A stretch of DNA of 64,000 nucleotides. Origin: Chrysemys picta bellii. Lineage: Eukaryota. The notes beneath the pieces were generated by a model. It searched no databases. It had not been told where the DNA came from and worked only from the letters and a program-made list of their open reading frames with translations. The position numbers were made by a program, and so were the translations under genes. Location of the stretch: assembly GCF_011386835.1 (NCBI RefSeq), contig NC_088798.1:64728001-64792000 (forward strand). Direction: 5' to 3'. Each line of letters starts with the position of its first letter. Position 1 is the first letter of the stretch. Positions 1 through 11,411 of this stretch are shown here, in pieces.

Positions 1-88
1 AAGGTCATTTGTGTTAAAGGAAATAAATGTTGCTTTATTTTAATTCTTTATTACCTGTCATAACTTAAGAATTTTATTATCCATTTAG

Positions 89-156
89 AGCACATCAGCA
101 ATTCTGATAGAAAACATGGACCTCTATATGCTAAATCCATGCAGTACTAAAATCTG
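89..156 (+). CDS. SUCO: SUCO coding exon (first complete exon in window), SUN-domain N-terminal part: STSAILIENMDLYMLNPCSTKI(W)
   Basis: tttag|AGCACA...ATCTG|gtaag; 68 nt, phase 0 to 2; peptide recognised as SUCO/C1orf9 SUN domain. Confidence 0.93.
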
Positions 157-1130
157 GTAAGTTATGTAGCACTGTGCATAGGATTTTTTGGTTTGCCATC
201 CTGCTGGGAATATGTGCAAACTGGTCCATTTACTTGAGATCAGAATCTGCCTGCCTTAAGTGACACTAAACTATTCAGAATGGGGTACAGAGGGAAACTA
301 CTCAAGAGTTTAGAAGAAGGTGGACCTTCATTTCCTCTACTGCAGAGAAAATCCAATTTGGTGGTAGTACTACTTTCTCTACGGTGTTGAGATATGGCGA
401 TAGAGGAATGGCTTCACCTAAGTTTTGAGTTTTGTGCTTGGTCTCTGTAGTTTAGTTGCTCCCATGGCATCTGAAACAAGGAGGTTGCTCTGCAGACTAA
501 ACCAAGAAGAGCAGCATAGGGAGAAGGGAAAAGAAAACACAGAAGGCAAAGAAAACAGTACTGTGGGGGTTTTTTGGGAGTCAAGTCTCTCTTCTAAAGT
601 TCCTATATTCTTTTCCTTTCTCCCCTGCTTCAGCCTAACCCTTCTTATACCATGCCCACTATTGTCATAGGAGCCCTCTCAATTATCAGTTCTTTTGTAA
701 TCAGCAAGCTCAGCCTCAGAGTCCAAGAGCTGGTGCCACTTAGCTCAAGATCAAGCTTGTGCAACCAATCTTCTCCATAATTCTGAATCTTCTCCACATA
801 TGAACTAGCAGAACATTTAAATGCCATGTTTTTAACAGCGCTGATGTTTTTCATGACACACTATTAGATTTCACAGAAAAAAAGCTAAATTATGATCTTA
901 GGGAAAAAAAACTGTACATCCATTTTACCTTTGTAAAGACTTAAGTGAGACTTCCACAACTGTATAGTTGCTTTTGAAGATGTTTAAAACACTGGTTTGG
1001 ATTATATTTGCTTTTAATTCAAATTGTGCTATGTACAGTATTAAATGTACCTCGGGATTATAATTTTGTGAGTAAACTGATGAATATTGTAGCACAGTGA
1101 GTCACTGTGCTGAAAATCTGAGTTTAGACT

Positions 1131-1178
1131 CCTTAGAGACTAACAAGTTTGCGGATACAGACTAACACGGCTGCTACT
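1131..1178. mobile_element. 48-bp inverted mini-insertion of a Penelope-like element terminus
   Basis: ccttagagactaacaagtt (antisense) + tgcggatacagactaacacggctgctact (sense), both matching the PLE terminus at 36049-36184; flanked by CTGAGTTTAGACT at 1118-1130 and 1179-1191. Confidence 0.8.
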
Positions 1179-1694
1179 CTGAGTTTAGACTGTAACCTGA
1201 GTTTAGACTTTAACTTTCCTGGGCTGGGAGCACCATGGAAACAAATGTATTCAAATCCTGGAGAGAGACTAGGACAGCTATTTCTCTTCATTGTTGTGCC
1301 ATATCTTCTCTGATTAAATCAGTTAGCATATTAAGTCCTTTTCAAATACAGGATAGCTAAGATGAGGCATACTGAAGAAATGAATAAAGGGAAATGCTTA
1401 ACCTGGAATGAGGCCTGAGAGTGGCTAATTGACGGAGTCCTTAGTAGTCAACTTGAAAGTTGAATATTCATAATAAATGTCATCTGAAGAACTTGCATTA
1501 TTTACACAGTGCTTGTCACTTGACAGGTGATGTGGGCTCTTCTTTGCTAATCCTTTGTGCTTTGAAATTTTCCTATGCATCTTCAGTTGGTGACAGTGCT
1601 CTTAAGAGTATTATTACTAAGTAATGATTAGCAGTCTGCACAAGCCTGCTTCTCCTCTAAACGGATAGCATATGTAAAAATACTCAGGCATCTG

Positions 1695-3026
1695 GTTAGA
1701 ATCCTAGAAATATAGAACTGGAAGGGCCCTCAGTAGGTCATCTAGTCCAGTATCCTGCACAGAGGCAGGACTAAGTATTATCTTGTCCCATCCCTGACAG
1801 GTTTTTATCTAACCTATTCTTAAAAACCTCCAGTGGTGGAGATTCCACAATCTCCATAGGTAATTTGTTCTAGTGTTTAACTACCCTTACAGTTAGGAAG
1901 CTTCCTAATGTCTAACCTGGCTGCAATTTAATTACTGCAGTCCATTACTCCTTGTCTTATCCTCAGTGGATAAGGAGAATAATTGATCGTCCTCCTCTTT
2001 ATAGCAATTTTTTACATGCTTGAAGACTCTTATCATGTCCCTCTTCAGGCTTCTCTTCTCCAGACTAAACAAACGCAATTTACACTCTTTCCATGTAGGT
2101 CAGATTTTCTAGACCTTTAATCATGTTTGTTGTTGTCCTCTAGACGTTCTGCAGTTTGTCCACATTTCCCAAAATGTGATGCCTTGAATTGGAAACAGAA
2201 CTCCAATTGAGGCCTTTTCAGTGCTGAGTAGAGTGGAAGAATTCTTTATGATATCTTGCTTACAATATTGCTAATACATCCCAGAATGATGTTGGCTTTT
2301 TTCCACAGTATTATGTTGTTGACTCGTATTTAGTTTGTGATCCACTGTAATCCCCAGATCCTTTTCTGCAGAACTTCCTAGGTTGTCATATGCCATTTGT
2401 GCAATTGATTATTCCTTCCAAAGTTAGTGCTTTGCATTTGTCCTTGTTGAATTTCATCCTGTTTATTTCAGACCATTTGTCCAGTTTGTCAAGATCATTT
2501 TGAATTCTAAGATGCTTGCAATCCCTCCCAACTTGGTATCATCTGCAGACTTTAAGCGTGTTCTCTATGCCATTGTCCAAACCATTTATGAAGATATTGA
2601 ATAGAATAGGACACAGGACAGATCCCTGCCGGATTCCATTCAGTATGCCCTTCCAGTTTAACTGTGAACCATTGATAATTACTCTGAGTATGGTTTTCCA
2701 ACCAGTTGTGCACCCAATCTTATAGTAGATTCATCTAGGCTATATTTCCTCAGTTTGCTTATGAGAAGGTCATGTGAGACCATATAAAAAGCCTTTCTAA
2801 TGTCAAGATATATCTACTGCTTGCCCCCTATCTGCAAGGCTTGTTACCCTGTCAAAGAAGGATATTAGATTGGTTTGACATGATTTGTTCTTGACAAATC
2901 TAGGTTGACTGTTATTTGTCACCTTATGGTCTAGGTGCTTACAAACTGATTGTTTGCTCCATTATCTTTCCAGGTACTGAAGTTAAGCTAACTGTTTATA
3001 ATTCCCTCGGTTATCCTTATTCTCCT
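1695..3026 (-). mobile_element. CR1 LINE fragment (3' end to endonuclease/RT region), degenerate
   Basis: CR1 3' UTR signature gttagaatcctagaaat...ggtcatctagtcc; antisense RT-region sequence similar to 53959-55265. Confidence 0.85.
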
Positions 3027-3027
3027 G

Positions 3028-3269
3028 GGGCTTGTTTACATATATAGCGCTGCAGCAGCACCACTGTAGTGCTTTAGTGAAGACACTACTATGCCAATGG
3101 GAGAGCTTTTTTTATTGACATAGTTAATGCACTTCTGTGAGATGCATGGGTAGAGCTCTCCCCTTGACAGTGCTGTCTACACTGGGGGTTAGGTCAGTAT
3201 AACTATATCGCTTAAACCCACTCCTCAGTGACGTAGTTATACCAACATAAGATTGTAGTATAGACCTGG
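3028..3269. mobile_element. Non-autonomous Harbinger-type MITE
   Basis: gggcttgtttacat...gtagtatagacctgg termini related to the ggcctggtctacacta TIR family; TSD not resolved. Confidence 0.55.
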
Positions 3270-3772
3270 TAGACAGCAGTATTGTGGAGTAATTGCAGGT
3301 TCCACCGTTTCCTGCATGCTATCTCAACTTTATAAACTACATACTCCAGGCTGCATGAACAACTGGAGAAGTTAATATAAAACTTTTTAAATTTCCTGTA
3401 TGCATTGCATGGAAAGGGGGAGAGGCAATGATTGGGAGTGCTGCTCTGTTTTCCTTCGTGATCTTTAGAAATTTGGAGTCTTCTTCAGAAGGACTAAAGA
3501 AAAGGTGTTAGGCACTCCTATGCCAATGTGAGACTATAAACTCCAGACAACTTTATGTAGGTTCCCTCTTGAATTCCGTCCTTCCTCCTCACTTTTAAAC
3601 TAGTCATTTAACTCACCACCTTTTTTCTTTTTATTTAATAAATGGTGTGAATTTTTGTTTTAGTTGTTTAATTCTCAAATTTGTACATAGGGTGGGCACA
3701 AGTCCTTAAAGCAATACATTTTCCAAACTACTAAATCCACAAATTGTCCAAAATCACCCTCTAAGTACTTAA

Positions 3773-3965
3773 GGTATGTCTACACTACAGCAGCACAGCT
3801 ACAGCGCTGCAGCTGTGCTGTTGTAGCGCTGAAGTGTGTAGACACTTTCTGTCAATGTAGAAAGCATTTGTCCATCTGTGCAGGTAATCCATCTCTCCAA
3901 GAGTTGGTAGCTAGGTCAACGGAAGAATTCTTCTGTTGACTTAGCTACTTCTACAGTGGGGGTTT
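3773..3965. mobile_element. Truncated Harbinger-type MITE
   Basis: Begins ggtatgtctacactacagc, the same terminus family as 47740; internal palindromic subterminal region. Confidence 0.5.
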
Positions 3966-4490
3966 AATAATAATTTCTGTTAATAAAGAGCAAGCCAGAA
4001 AAGAATCTAGTTTGCTCTTCTGGAGTTGGAGTTGTATTGGCTTTGCAATATTATCAGGAATAAAGAGTAGTAGGTACTTACTGAAATAAGTGGATATGAC
4101 CCTGAATACTCAAAGGGGGCAGATGATGATCTGTGGGATAAAGATGTCACTTTTCTGAGTAGAGCTTAATTTGAAAGAAACAAGAGTTGCATTCTTTTAC
4201 TTTGAGAAAATGGGTGTTTTGAGCTAACATTTTATTCCATTTCCCGTGCATAGAATTTAAAAGCAAAATAATTTGCAACCCACCCACACACCACAGGAGC
4301 AGTTTCTTTGACAAATTTTCTAAAGGTATCAGTGAGTGGTGCCTCTGTATTGTTGTACAGCTATCTTGTGGCACATTTCCATTGTGAATGAAAGGTTTAG
4401 TAGCACTAATGGTTTTGAATTGTGTAATGAAATTGTGTGTTTGCTGGAGGTCACTTATTTCCAATCTCTTTTTTTTTTTTTGTCTTAAAG

Positions 4491-4598
4491 GTTTGTTATT
4501 GAGCTCTGTGAACCAATTCAAGTAAAGCAGCTTGACATTGCAAATCATGAATTATTTTCATCTACTCCTAAAGACTTCCTGGTGTCCATTAGCGACAG
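4491..4598 (+). CDS. SUCO: SUCO exon: (W)[35 protein letters not shown](R)
   Basis: Long T tract + aaag| acceptor, |gtatgt donor; 108 nt; phase matches neighbours; SUN-domain motif [10 protein letters not shown]. Confidence 0.96.
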
Positions 4599-5291
4599 GT
4601 ATGTCATATAATCAGAATTTGAATTTGTGATCATTTGCATTCAGAAAGCTTAACATAAAGCAAGAATAATACTCAACAATTGCAATGATTTCCTAATGAA
4701 TAGAATTTGAATACCAAATACTACTGTGTGGCTCATTCCTTTGCTTAATGTAAATGTTGTGAAATAACATGGAAGATGAACTGTGCATGTGTAATAGGTA
4801 TTTTTCAAAATAGGTAGGTATGTCAGCCATTTAGCTTTCACCCAAAAAGCAAAATAATTTAATCTACACTATTACCTTGATGTCCTGTGGTACTTTCTAG
4901 TTCCATCTTTGATTTGCCTCCTTAAAAATGGCAAGGGAAAGGATCATTGATCTCTTTTAATTTTATTTCCTCCCTAGATGAGGTTTGTATCCCAGAAGTA
5001 ATTTTTTACCATAGAAGTAAAAAACACTAAAATGTTAAAGAACTTACTTGCAAATCAGGTATCTAATATATTGGCATTTATTGTATCTTTAATTTGTAGT
5101 TAAATTTTTAACTCCTTGATTGATTGTCATCCTTAATTGTGGAAAGCAAGTAACATATTTTAAGAGATCCCACATCTTTACCTTCCAGTGGTATAGAACC
5201 AATTGCCCACATCCTAAACTCCCAACCAATGTTATCATTAGAGTAAAATATTAACTCTTTAGTAGATCCCATATCCATTTTTTAAATTTTT

Positions 5292-5294
<3 letters not shown>

Positions 5295-5328
<34 letters not shown>
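5295..5328. repeat. (GT)17 microsatellite
   Basis: Direct reading. Confidence 0.97.
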
Positions 5329-5335
<7 letters not shown>

Positions 5336-5344
5336 ACACATACA

Positions 5345-5631
5345 CTGGGCAGAAAGCTGAAGTTCCACTGCATGGGGATGAAGCCTGGGTCCCTGAGCCC
5401 TGCCAACCGGTGTTGAAGCTCAAGCCTGAGCAATATAGTTTCATGGGGACTGCTGTGGCATGAGACCCCAGGCAATTGCCCTACTTTCTACCCCCTAACG
5501 CCACCCTGGCTTTTATATGTAGAAAGCCAGTTATTGCGGCATAAGTGGGCTGTGGAGTTTTTATAGCATATTGGGGGGTGGGGGGCCGCGGGCGTACAGG
5601 AGCTCAGAAAGGAAAAGGTTGAGAACCCTTG
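5345..5631. mobile_element. Partial hAT-type non-autonomous element
   Basis: Right end aaaaggttgagaacccttg resembles hAT TIRs; GC-rich interior; left end not found. Confidence 0.45.
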
Positions 5632-6498
5632 GCATAGGGGATCTATTGATCACTCCTTCCCAGTAACTTGTGAAGGACTTTATCTTCTCTTGAACTTTGA
5701 TGGCTTAAAAACTATGGGTGCATGGTCATGTTTCAAAATTCCAAACTTTGTATCTGTCATGTTCTCTCTCTCTCCCCTAACCTCCAGCTATTTAAATGAG
5801 GGCAACACTTATAGCTATATATGCATCTAAAGCAGTCTGTAGTAAAAAGCAGACGCACACACTTTATTGCAATACTAAAGTAGATATTAACATGTTTGTA
5901 AACTATATATTCAGTTAACTTGTTCTTAAGTTAGCAAATCCTTAGCCAAAATCATCCCCGAGCATGAAAAAAACTTTGCTATAGACTGTAGGTATCTTGA
6001 AATGCTTGGAATCTCAGTAATTTAGTAACTGAACTGGGATTAATTCTGCCATCATTGAGTATGATACTTTAACAGCAGTGTTTTATCTAATGGCTTAGAG
6101 TCTCTTTTGCTAAAAGAACAATGATGTTCTGTTGAATTTGGGACTAGCAAACTTCTTTATTTTGCAACATCCAGACCATTTTTCCTTTTCAAAGCAAATA
6201 CTTCAATATATTTTGTTTGGATTTAGAAATCAGTGCCCAGCAACACAGGCCTTGTGCATAATCCTTTAATAATTGTATCGACATTATGGAAGCAGGATTG
6301 ATTTCAGCTTAGAGTTTCCTAGAATGGCTAAACAAGGAATATTGAAGTTATGAAAAAAAGAATTGGGAAAAATATTAAAATGAAATACTAATTTTTTTAA
6401 AGAATATTATTAATTATTCAAAGAATATTAAAATTATGAAAAAATCTTGATGATTTTCTGCCTTTTTTTAAAAAAGTCAACATTTTGATGTTTTCCAG

Positions 6499-6604
6499 GT
6501 ACCCAACAAATAAATGGATTAAATTAGGTACTTTTCATGCTAGAGATGAGAGAATTGTCCAAAGCTTTCCTTTGGATGAACAGATGTATGCAAAATACGT
6601 TAAG
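6499..6604 (+). CDS. SUCO: SUCO exon: (R)[35 protein letters not shown]
   Basis: ttccag| and |gtaata; 106 nt; in frame. Confidence 0.96.
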
Positions 6605-7080
6605 GTAATATTTTTAGTGTGCACTGAATGCAACTATTCTCACTTTTAATGTACACATTTTTTTTGAAGGATGACTTCCGCATGAGTCACCAATACAGTG
6701 TTACTTGAGTCTGTTCAAACCTGGATTGAAAAGTCCTTGCTCAGTTAGCAATCTGAATTTTTGTTTACTGGCATACCATGATTGTTTCAAATACAAGAGG
6801 GTATTAAGGAAAGGTTGATAACTTTAGCATCAATTTTCTCAACTGCAGCTGATTTTGTAAGTTTGTTTGGTTTTGGCTGCCAATGTTTTACTTTGCTTTT
6901 TAGGTTTAATGAAGCAAAACGTTCTCAGAACTTTTATTTTCTTTAAATACAATACATACCAAAACACATGTGGTGCATATTTCTACAGGTTCATATTACC
7001 TGCGGTAGTTTATTCTGTATCTCTACGGTGTAACCTGTACTCTAGCAATTATACACTTCCTCAGTAGTTTTTACTTTATA

Positions 7081-7303
7081 CAGGTCTGTCTCATCTTAGG
7101 CGGGGGTTCCGTTCCGCGGTTAGCGCGTAAAGCGAAAACCATGTATAGCCAAAATCCCATTGAGTTCAATGGTGGGCGAAATCGCCCGCACTACAGGTAT
7201 AGTATTAAAATTGTTTTCTTTTTTTTGTTTTGTTTTTTGTTTTTGCCGACCGCGTAAAGTTGAAATCGCGCATGTTAAATGCGCATAAGATGCGACAGAC
7301 CTG
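7081..7303. mobile_element. Tc1/mariner (Tigger-like) MITE, 223 bp
   Basis: TIRs caggtctgtctcatctta / taagatgcgacagacctg (17 of 18 match); TA duplication at 7079-7080 and 7304-7305. Confidence 0.88.
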
Positions 7304-9101
7304 TATTGCTACACAACTTCAAACAAAAATAATGCACTAAAATCTGAAATTTTAGAACTTCAGTTTTGATATCTAGTATAGTATTCATAGTGGAGTTCTT
7401 GAGCTGTAACTGTCACATACGCTAATTCCTTTGAATTATTTAGGCTTACTATTGCTGGAGCCACAATTTAATAATTGATAAATTCACAGAGGCTTGTTTT
7501 GCATTGAGAATACTTTATTTAAGATTTCAGGAAAACCTGTGAAATCTAGCCTATTTAGAAATCTTCTCATAGTTAATAAAGAGAATGCATTGGTACAATT
7601 GCAAGTTGCTTTTGTTCTGAAAAGGATACTATTGCTTCCAAATACTTGCTTTTTGATTTTGTTTAGAACAATTTTTTTTCTCTAGTTAACATCTCATCTG
7701 AGCATCCAAAACAACATTATTTGATGCATTGGCATGCTTAATGTTTGTTTTCACTAATAAAAGTGAGCATGTAACACTGTCATAAGTAAACATTAAATCT
7801 AAGGCCAGCGTTCTATTTTCATTTGATTGATTAATTGATTGATTTTTTTTTTCTTCATTCCCTAACTGCAATTCAAATATACTTGTACTGCAGTGGTTTC
7901 TGGAGTAACACAACTTGAATGGAAACAGTGTGGATTTTGATTTGCTAATCTCCCCGTCCCTCTTTAAAAAAATAATTTGAAGCATACTAGCCTTCATTTA
8001 GCATTCTCTCTCCTTTGAACCTGTGTTTAGATTATAGTTGGTTAAAGTTGTAGTGTATCTTTTTAATGTTATCATGGTAATTTATTTTATACCCTTTTTT
8101 AAATTCTATCACAATACTATTAAATTTTTTACAAAAATTAAACTTTGGCACCGTCCAAGAAAACACAATCATTTGAAATCACTGAATTTCTGTAAAGATT
8201 GGCTTATACCATAAAATTAAGGAATCTACTTTCCTAATGATGTGGGAGTGATTTAACTTGTAATCTATGATAATAACTATCCAAATCTTTTACTCTTCAA
8301 CTGTTAATTGCATAATTACACTCCCAAAAAATCTTGCATGAGGCTGTAAAATGACAAGATAAAGTCTTTTTGCTCTGCCTGCTGGCTGAATTAATAGCCT
8401 AATCAGTATAGCCAGAACTGTGACTTTATCTGTTAGTAAAGTACCAAAAGTGTGCTAGATGCTATAGAATTTTAAAAATCTCTTGTATGTAATTTTCTGC
8501 CTTAAATATTATGGTCCAAAAACCATGAAATCTTAAAAGTACTAATTGTTCTTGGAGTGTATTGGCTTTTATAATATCGAATATAGTTTGCTAGCATGTT
8601 ACAAATATAGTAGTAGCTAAAACTTTCCCATTGGATCTTCAGCTGTTCTATCACCTATCTTCTCCTAGAAATATTTCTGTAAAACAGAATGTTATGTTGA
8701 AATTAGAACAGTTACAGTATGTATAAAGTACATACTAAATGTTTCTTCTTAAAGTTCTCATCTTTCAGGAGGCTGTTTAATGCTTCCCCCTCACCCCAAC
8801 TTAATAATCATCACATTTATTTAGCTTAATTCATTTCAATATTCTGTGTCTGGCATATCAAATTTTTTATCATTCTGTAAGAGAAAATTTGGAATCTGGC
8901 TATATCTTTCGATTAATAGAAACAAAGATTTCTGTGCATGTTGTTCCTTTCTGTCTGCAAATTGAGGGCTAAAATAAATCTAGGTTTACCTAAAGCAAAC
9001 GATGTAGTATTGCAGCTTTATCCTTCGCATCTTATTTCTTTGTGCATTTTATAGTACTTATTTAAAAAAAAAAATTCTAGTTGCCTGTGGCATGGCCTTT
9101 G

Positions 9102-9236
9102 TACTGACATCTTTTTTTTCTTTTCCTTTCTCTTGCTTCAGATGTTCATCAAGTACATAAAGGTTAGCAACCTCCTTTCTGAATGTTGAATGCATAGGGC
9201 TTGGGTATAATCTGTGGCTTGGCATGTTAATGCATG
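9102..9236 (+). promoter_or_regulatory. Candidate splicing-regulatory elements around the microexon
   Basis: Branch-point-like TACTGAC 9102-9108; TGC inside the polypyrimidine tract just before the AG; downstream GCATG 9222-9226 and TGCATG 9231-9236 (RBFOX-type). Confidence 0.5.
9142..9162 (+). CDS. SUCO: SUCO 21-nt microexon MFIKYIK (probably alternative)
   Basis: Polypyrimidine tract + cttcag|ATGTTCATCAAGTACATAAAG|gttagc; phase 0-0, frame preserving. Confidence 0.85.
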
Positions 9237-9397
9237 GCAGGAATAAAGCTTTCCAAGAACCTTTCTGTAATGAGCAATCTGCACATCACTTACATAAATC
9301 TAACTTGCAGATTGAAAACTGTATGGATATGTTGAATGGAGGTTTAACTTGATGGTTCTTTGCTGTTCTTCCATTTTGAATACTTCTTATTCTTTAG

Positions 9398-9453
9398 GTG
9401 GAGTTGGTATCACATTTTGGATCAGAACACTTTTGTCCTCTAAGCCTTATAAG
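9398..9453 (+). CDS. SUCO: SUCO exon: VELVSHFGSEHFCPLSLI(R)
   Basis: ctttag| and |gtaata; 56 nt; SUN-domain HFGSEHFCPLS motif. Confidence 0.96.
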
Positions 9454-9941
9454 GTAATATAGAATGAAACATTTAAGCTGACAGTTTTCTTTAGCTACTT
9501 TTGCATCACTGCAATAATATTTTCTAGTGACAACTGGAAAACGCAAGTTTGAGCTTTCAGTAGCTTTATTCTTTTTGAAATTCATTAGTGGAGTGTTTGC
9601 TTATAAGATCAACAGGTTACATAGATTAGCTGCTGCATAGTGTTGCTGCCAAGTCACTGAAAGCTTTTTTATTTAAAAAAGGTAGCCTTATGGACTAATT
9701 CAAGTGTTCCATATTAAGTAGCAGCATGATAGAAGGCAGAGATGTTTGTAGAAGTGGACAAAGGCATTCAAGACTGACCTAATTGGCAGAACAAATGATG
9801 GGGCGTGCAATACAATAAAACAAGTGAGTGGATAAGCAAGAAGGGGAAGGACTATGAAAGGCCTTAGGAAACATAGGTCTGATCTAGTCTGGCAGTTACT
9901 GAGCTTCATCTAGTCCAGTCTTTGACAGTGGCCAGTATTAG

Positions 9942-10681
9942 GGGCTAGATTCATAAAAGGACTTAAATGCCTAATGGCCACCGTGGGTACCTAAATCCCA
10001 GAATCAGGCCCTACTAAGATTTGCAAACCCCCGATTCAGCTGCCCCTGTACCTTGTAGGCACCTAAAATTACTTGGTGCCTAAATTTTTGCATTAAAAGT
10101 TCCCTAGAAGCCTATGTTTATGCCTCTGATCATTTGCTCTGCAGTCCTACACCAGGCGTACAGACGTCTTAATCCCTAAAACAATGCATGGACCAAGGAA
10201 AGATAGGTGTTCCTCCACTTCGCTCACCTGCAGGGCCCAATCTGTTAAGTGTGCTCAGTCCTTGCCTACCAGCTCAGGCCATGTAGGTGAGCTTACACAA
10301 AACACCTGAAGCAGCGAGGAGGAGGACCTCCTCAAACTTTTAGTCCAGTAGTTATGGTACTCATTTGGGACGTGGGAGAGCCCTGGTTCAAGTCCCCCTT
10401 CTGTCTAAAGGGAAGAAGGGATTTGAACTGGGATCTGCCACCTCACAGGTGCATGTCCTAATCACTGTGCTGTGGGTTATTCTGATATGGGGCTCCCTCA
10501 GTGTCTCCTGTTGAAGCTGTTCCACTATGGATAAATAATTTTAAAAAGTCATTTGAGCAGGGGGACTGGATTTTGGGTCATCCACTTCTCAGGTGAGTGT
10601 TCTAACCACCAGTCTATAGAGTCAGTCCCATGTTTGCAGGTTCTCTCTTGCCCAATGAATTTTTCTTTGTGAATCTAGCCC
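9942..10681. mobile_element. 740-bp non-autonomous DNA transposon (Harbinger-like by 3-bp TSD and GGG termini)
   Basis: TIRs gggctagattcataaa / tttgtgaatctagccc (15 of 16 match); TAG at 9939-9941 and 10682-10684. Confidence 0.78.
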
Positions 10682-11319
10682 TAGATAACTCAAAGGTACA
10701 AGCAACAGCCCCTCACACCCCCTTGAAGTCTCCTAATCCTTAGGATTTTCATTTTCCCAATCTTTGAACCTGGGACCTCTGGCACTGTAAGCCAGAACCA
10801 TACACCATGGCCTTTGAGTTAGCCTTGAACATGAGGACAAAAAACTAGAAGATAGTGTAGGAAAACAGGGAGCCAGTGGAGGGATTCAAAGATCAAATGA
10901 CATGGTCACTGTTGAGCAAAGAATGTGGTCTTAGAATCTGCATTTTGAATGGAAGTGGGGAAGAGGATGGGACTGTGTGCATCAGGGAGGACAGAGGAGG
11001 CGCATGCAGTAATCAAGACTAAGGATAAGGGTCTGACTGAAAGTTCCAGTTGTATCGATGTGGAAAAGGTATTATTTTTTGGAAATGTTTTGGAGGAGTT
11101 AGCGACAGGATTTGGTTCTAAATGCAACACTTGCAAAGTGCTAACAAATTATTTTTTGGAAGTGAGTTTGTTTCAAAGGAAGGGAGTTTGGTCAGCTTAT
11201 GGAAGGTGTCAGTTTGCTGACTGGCTAACCGAGGACAAGCATTGCTTACTTAATACATATTTATGGCAGTAAGTACAGCAATTAGATTTTTTCAATCAGT
11301 TTTAATTAAATGTTTATAG

Positions 11320-11411
11320 GGTGTTTGGCACTAGTATGGTTGAAGAATATGAAGAAATTGCTGACTCCCAATACCAGTCAGAACGACAAGAGCTGTTTGA
11401 TGAAGACTATG
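11320..11411 (+). CDS. SUCO: SUCO exon: (R)[30 protein letters not shown]
   Basis: tatag| and |gtaagc; 92 nt; end of SUN domain (RVFG). Confidence 0.96.

Noticed and set aside
1-88. AAG|gtcatt at the window start may be the last codon (Lys of NPEAK) of the preceding SUCO exon plus an 85-nt intron
   Set aside because: Only 3 exon bases are visible, so it cannot be supported as a feature
5186-5200. cagtggtatagaacc as the left TIR of the 5345-5631 hAT
   Set aside because: Only about 10 of 15 bases match and there is no 8-bp TSD
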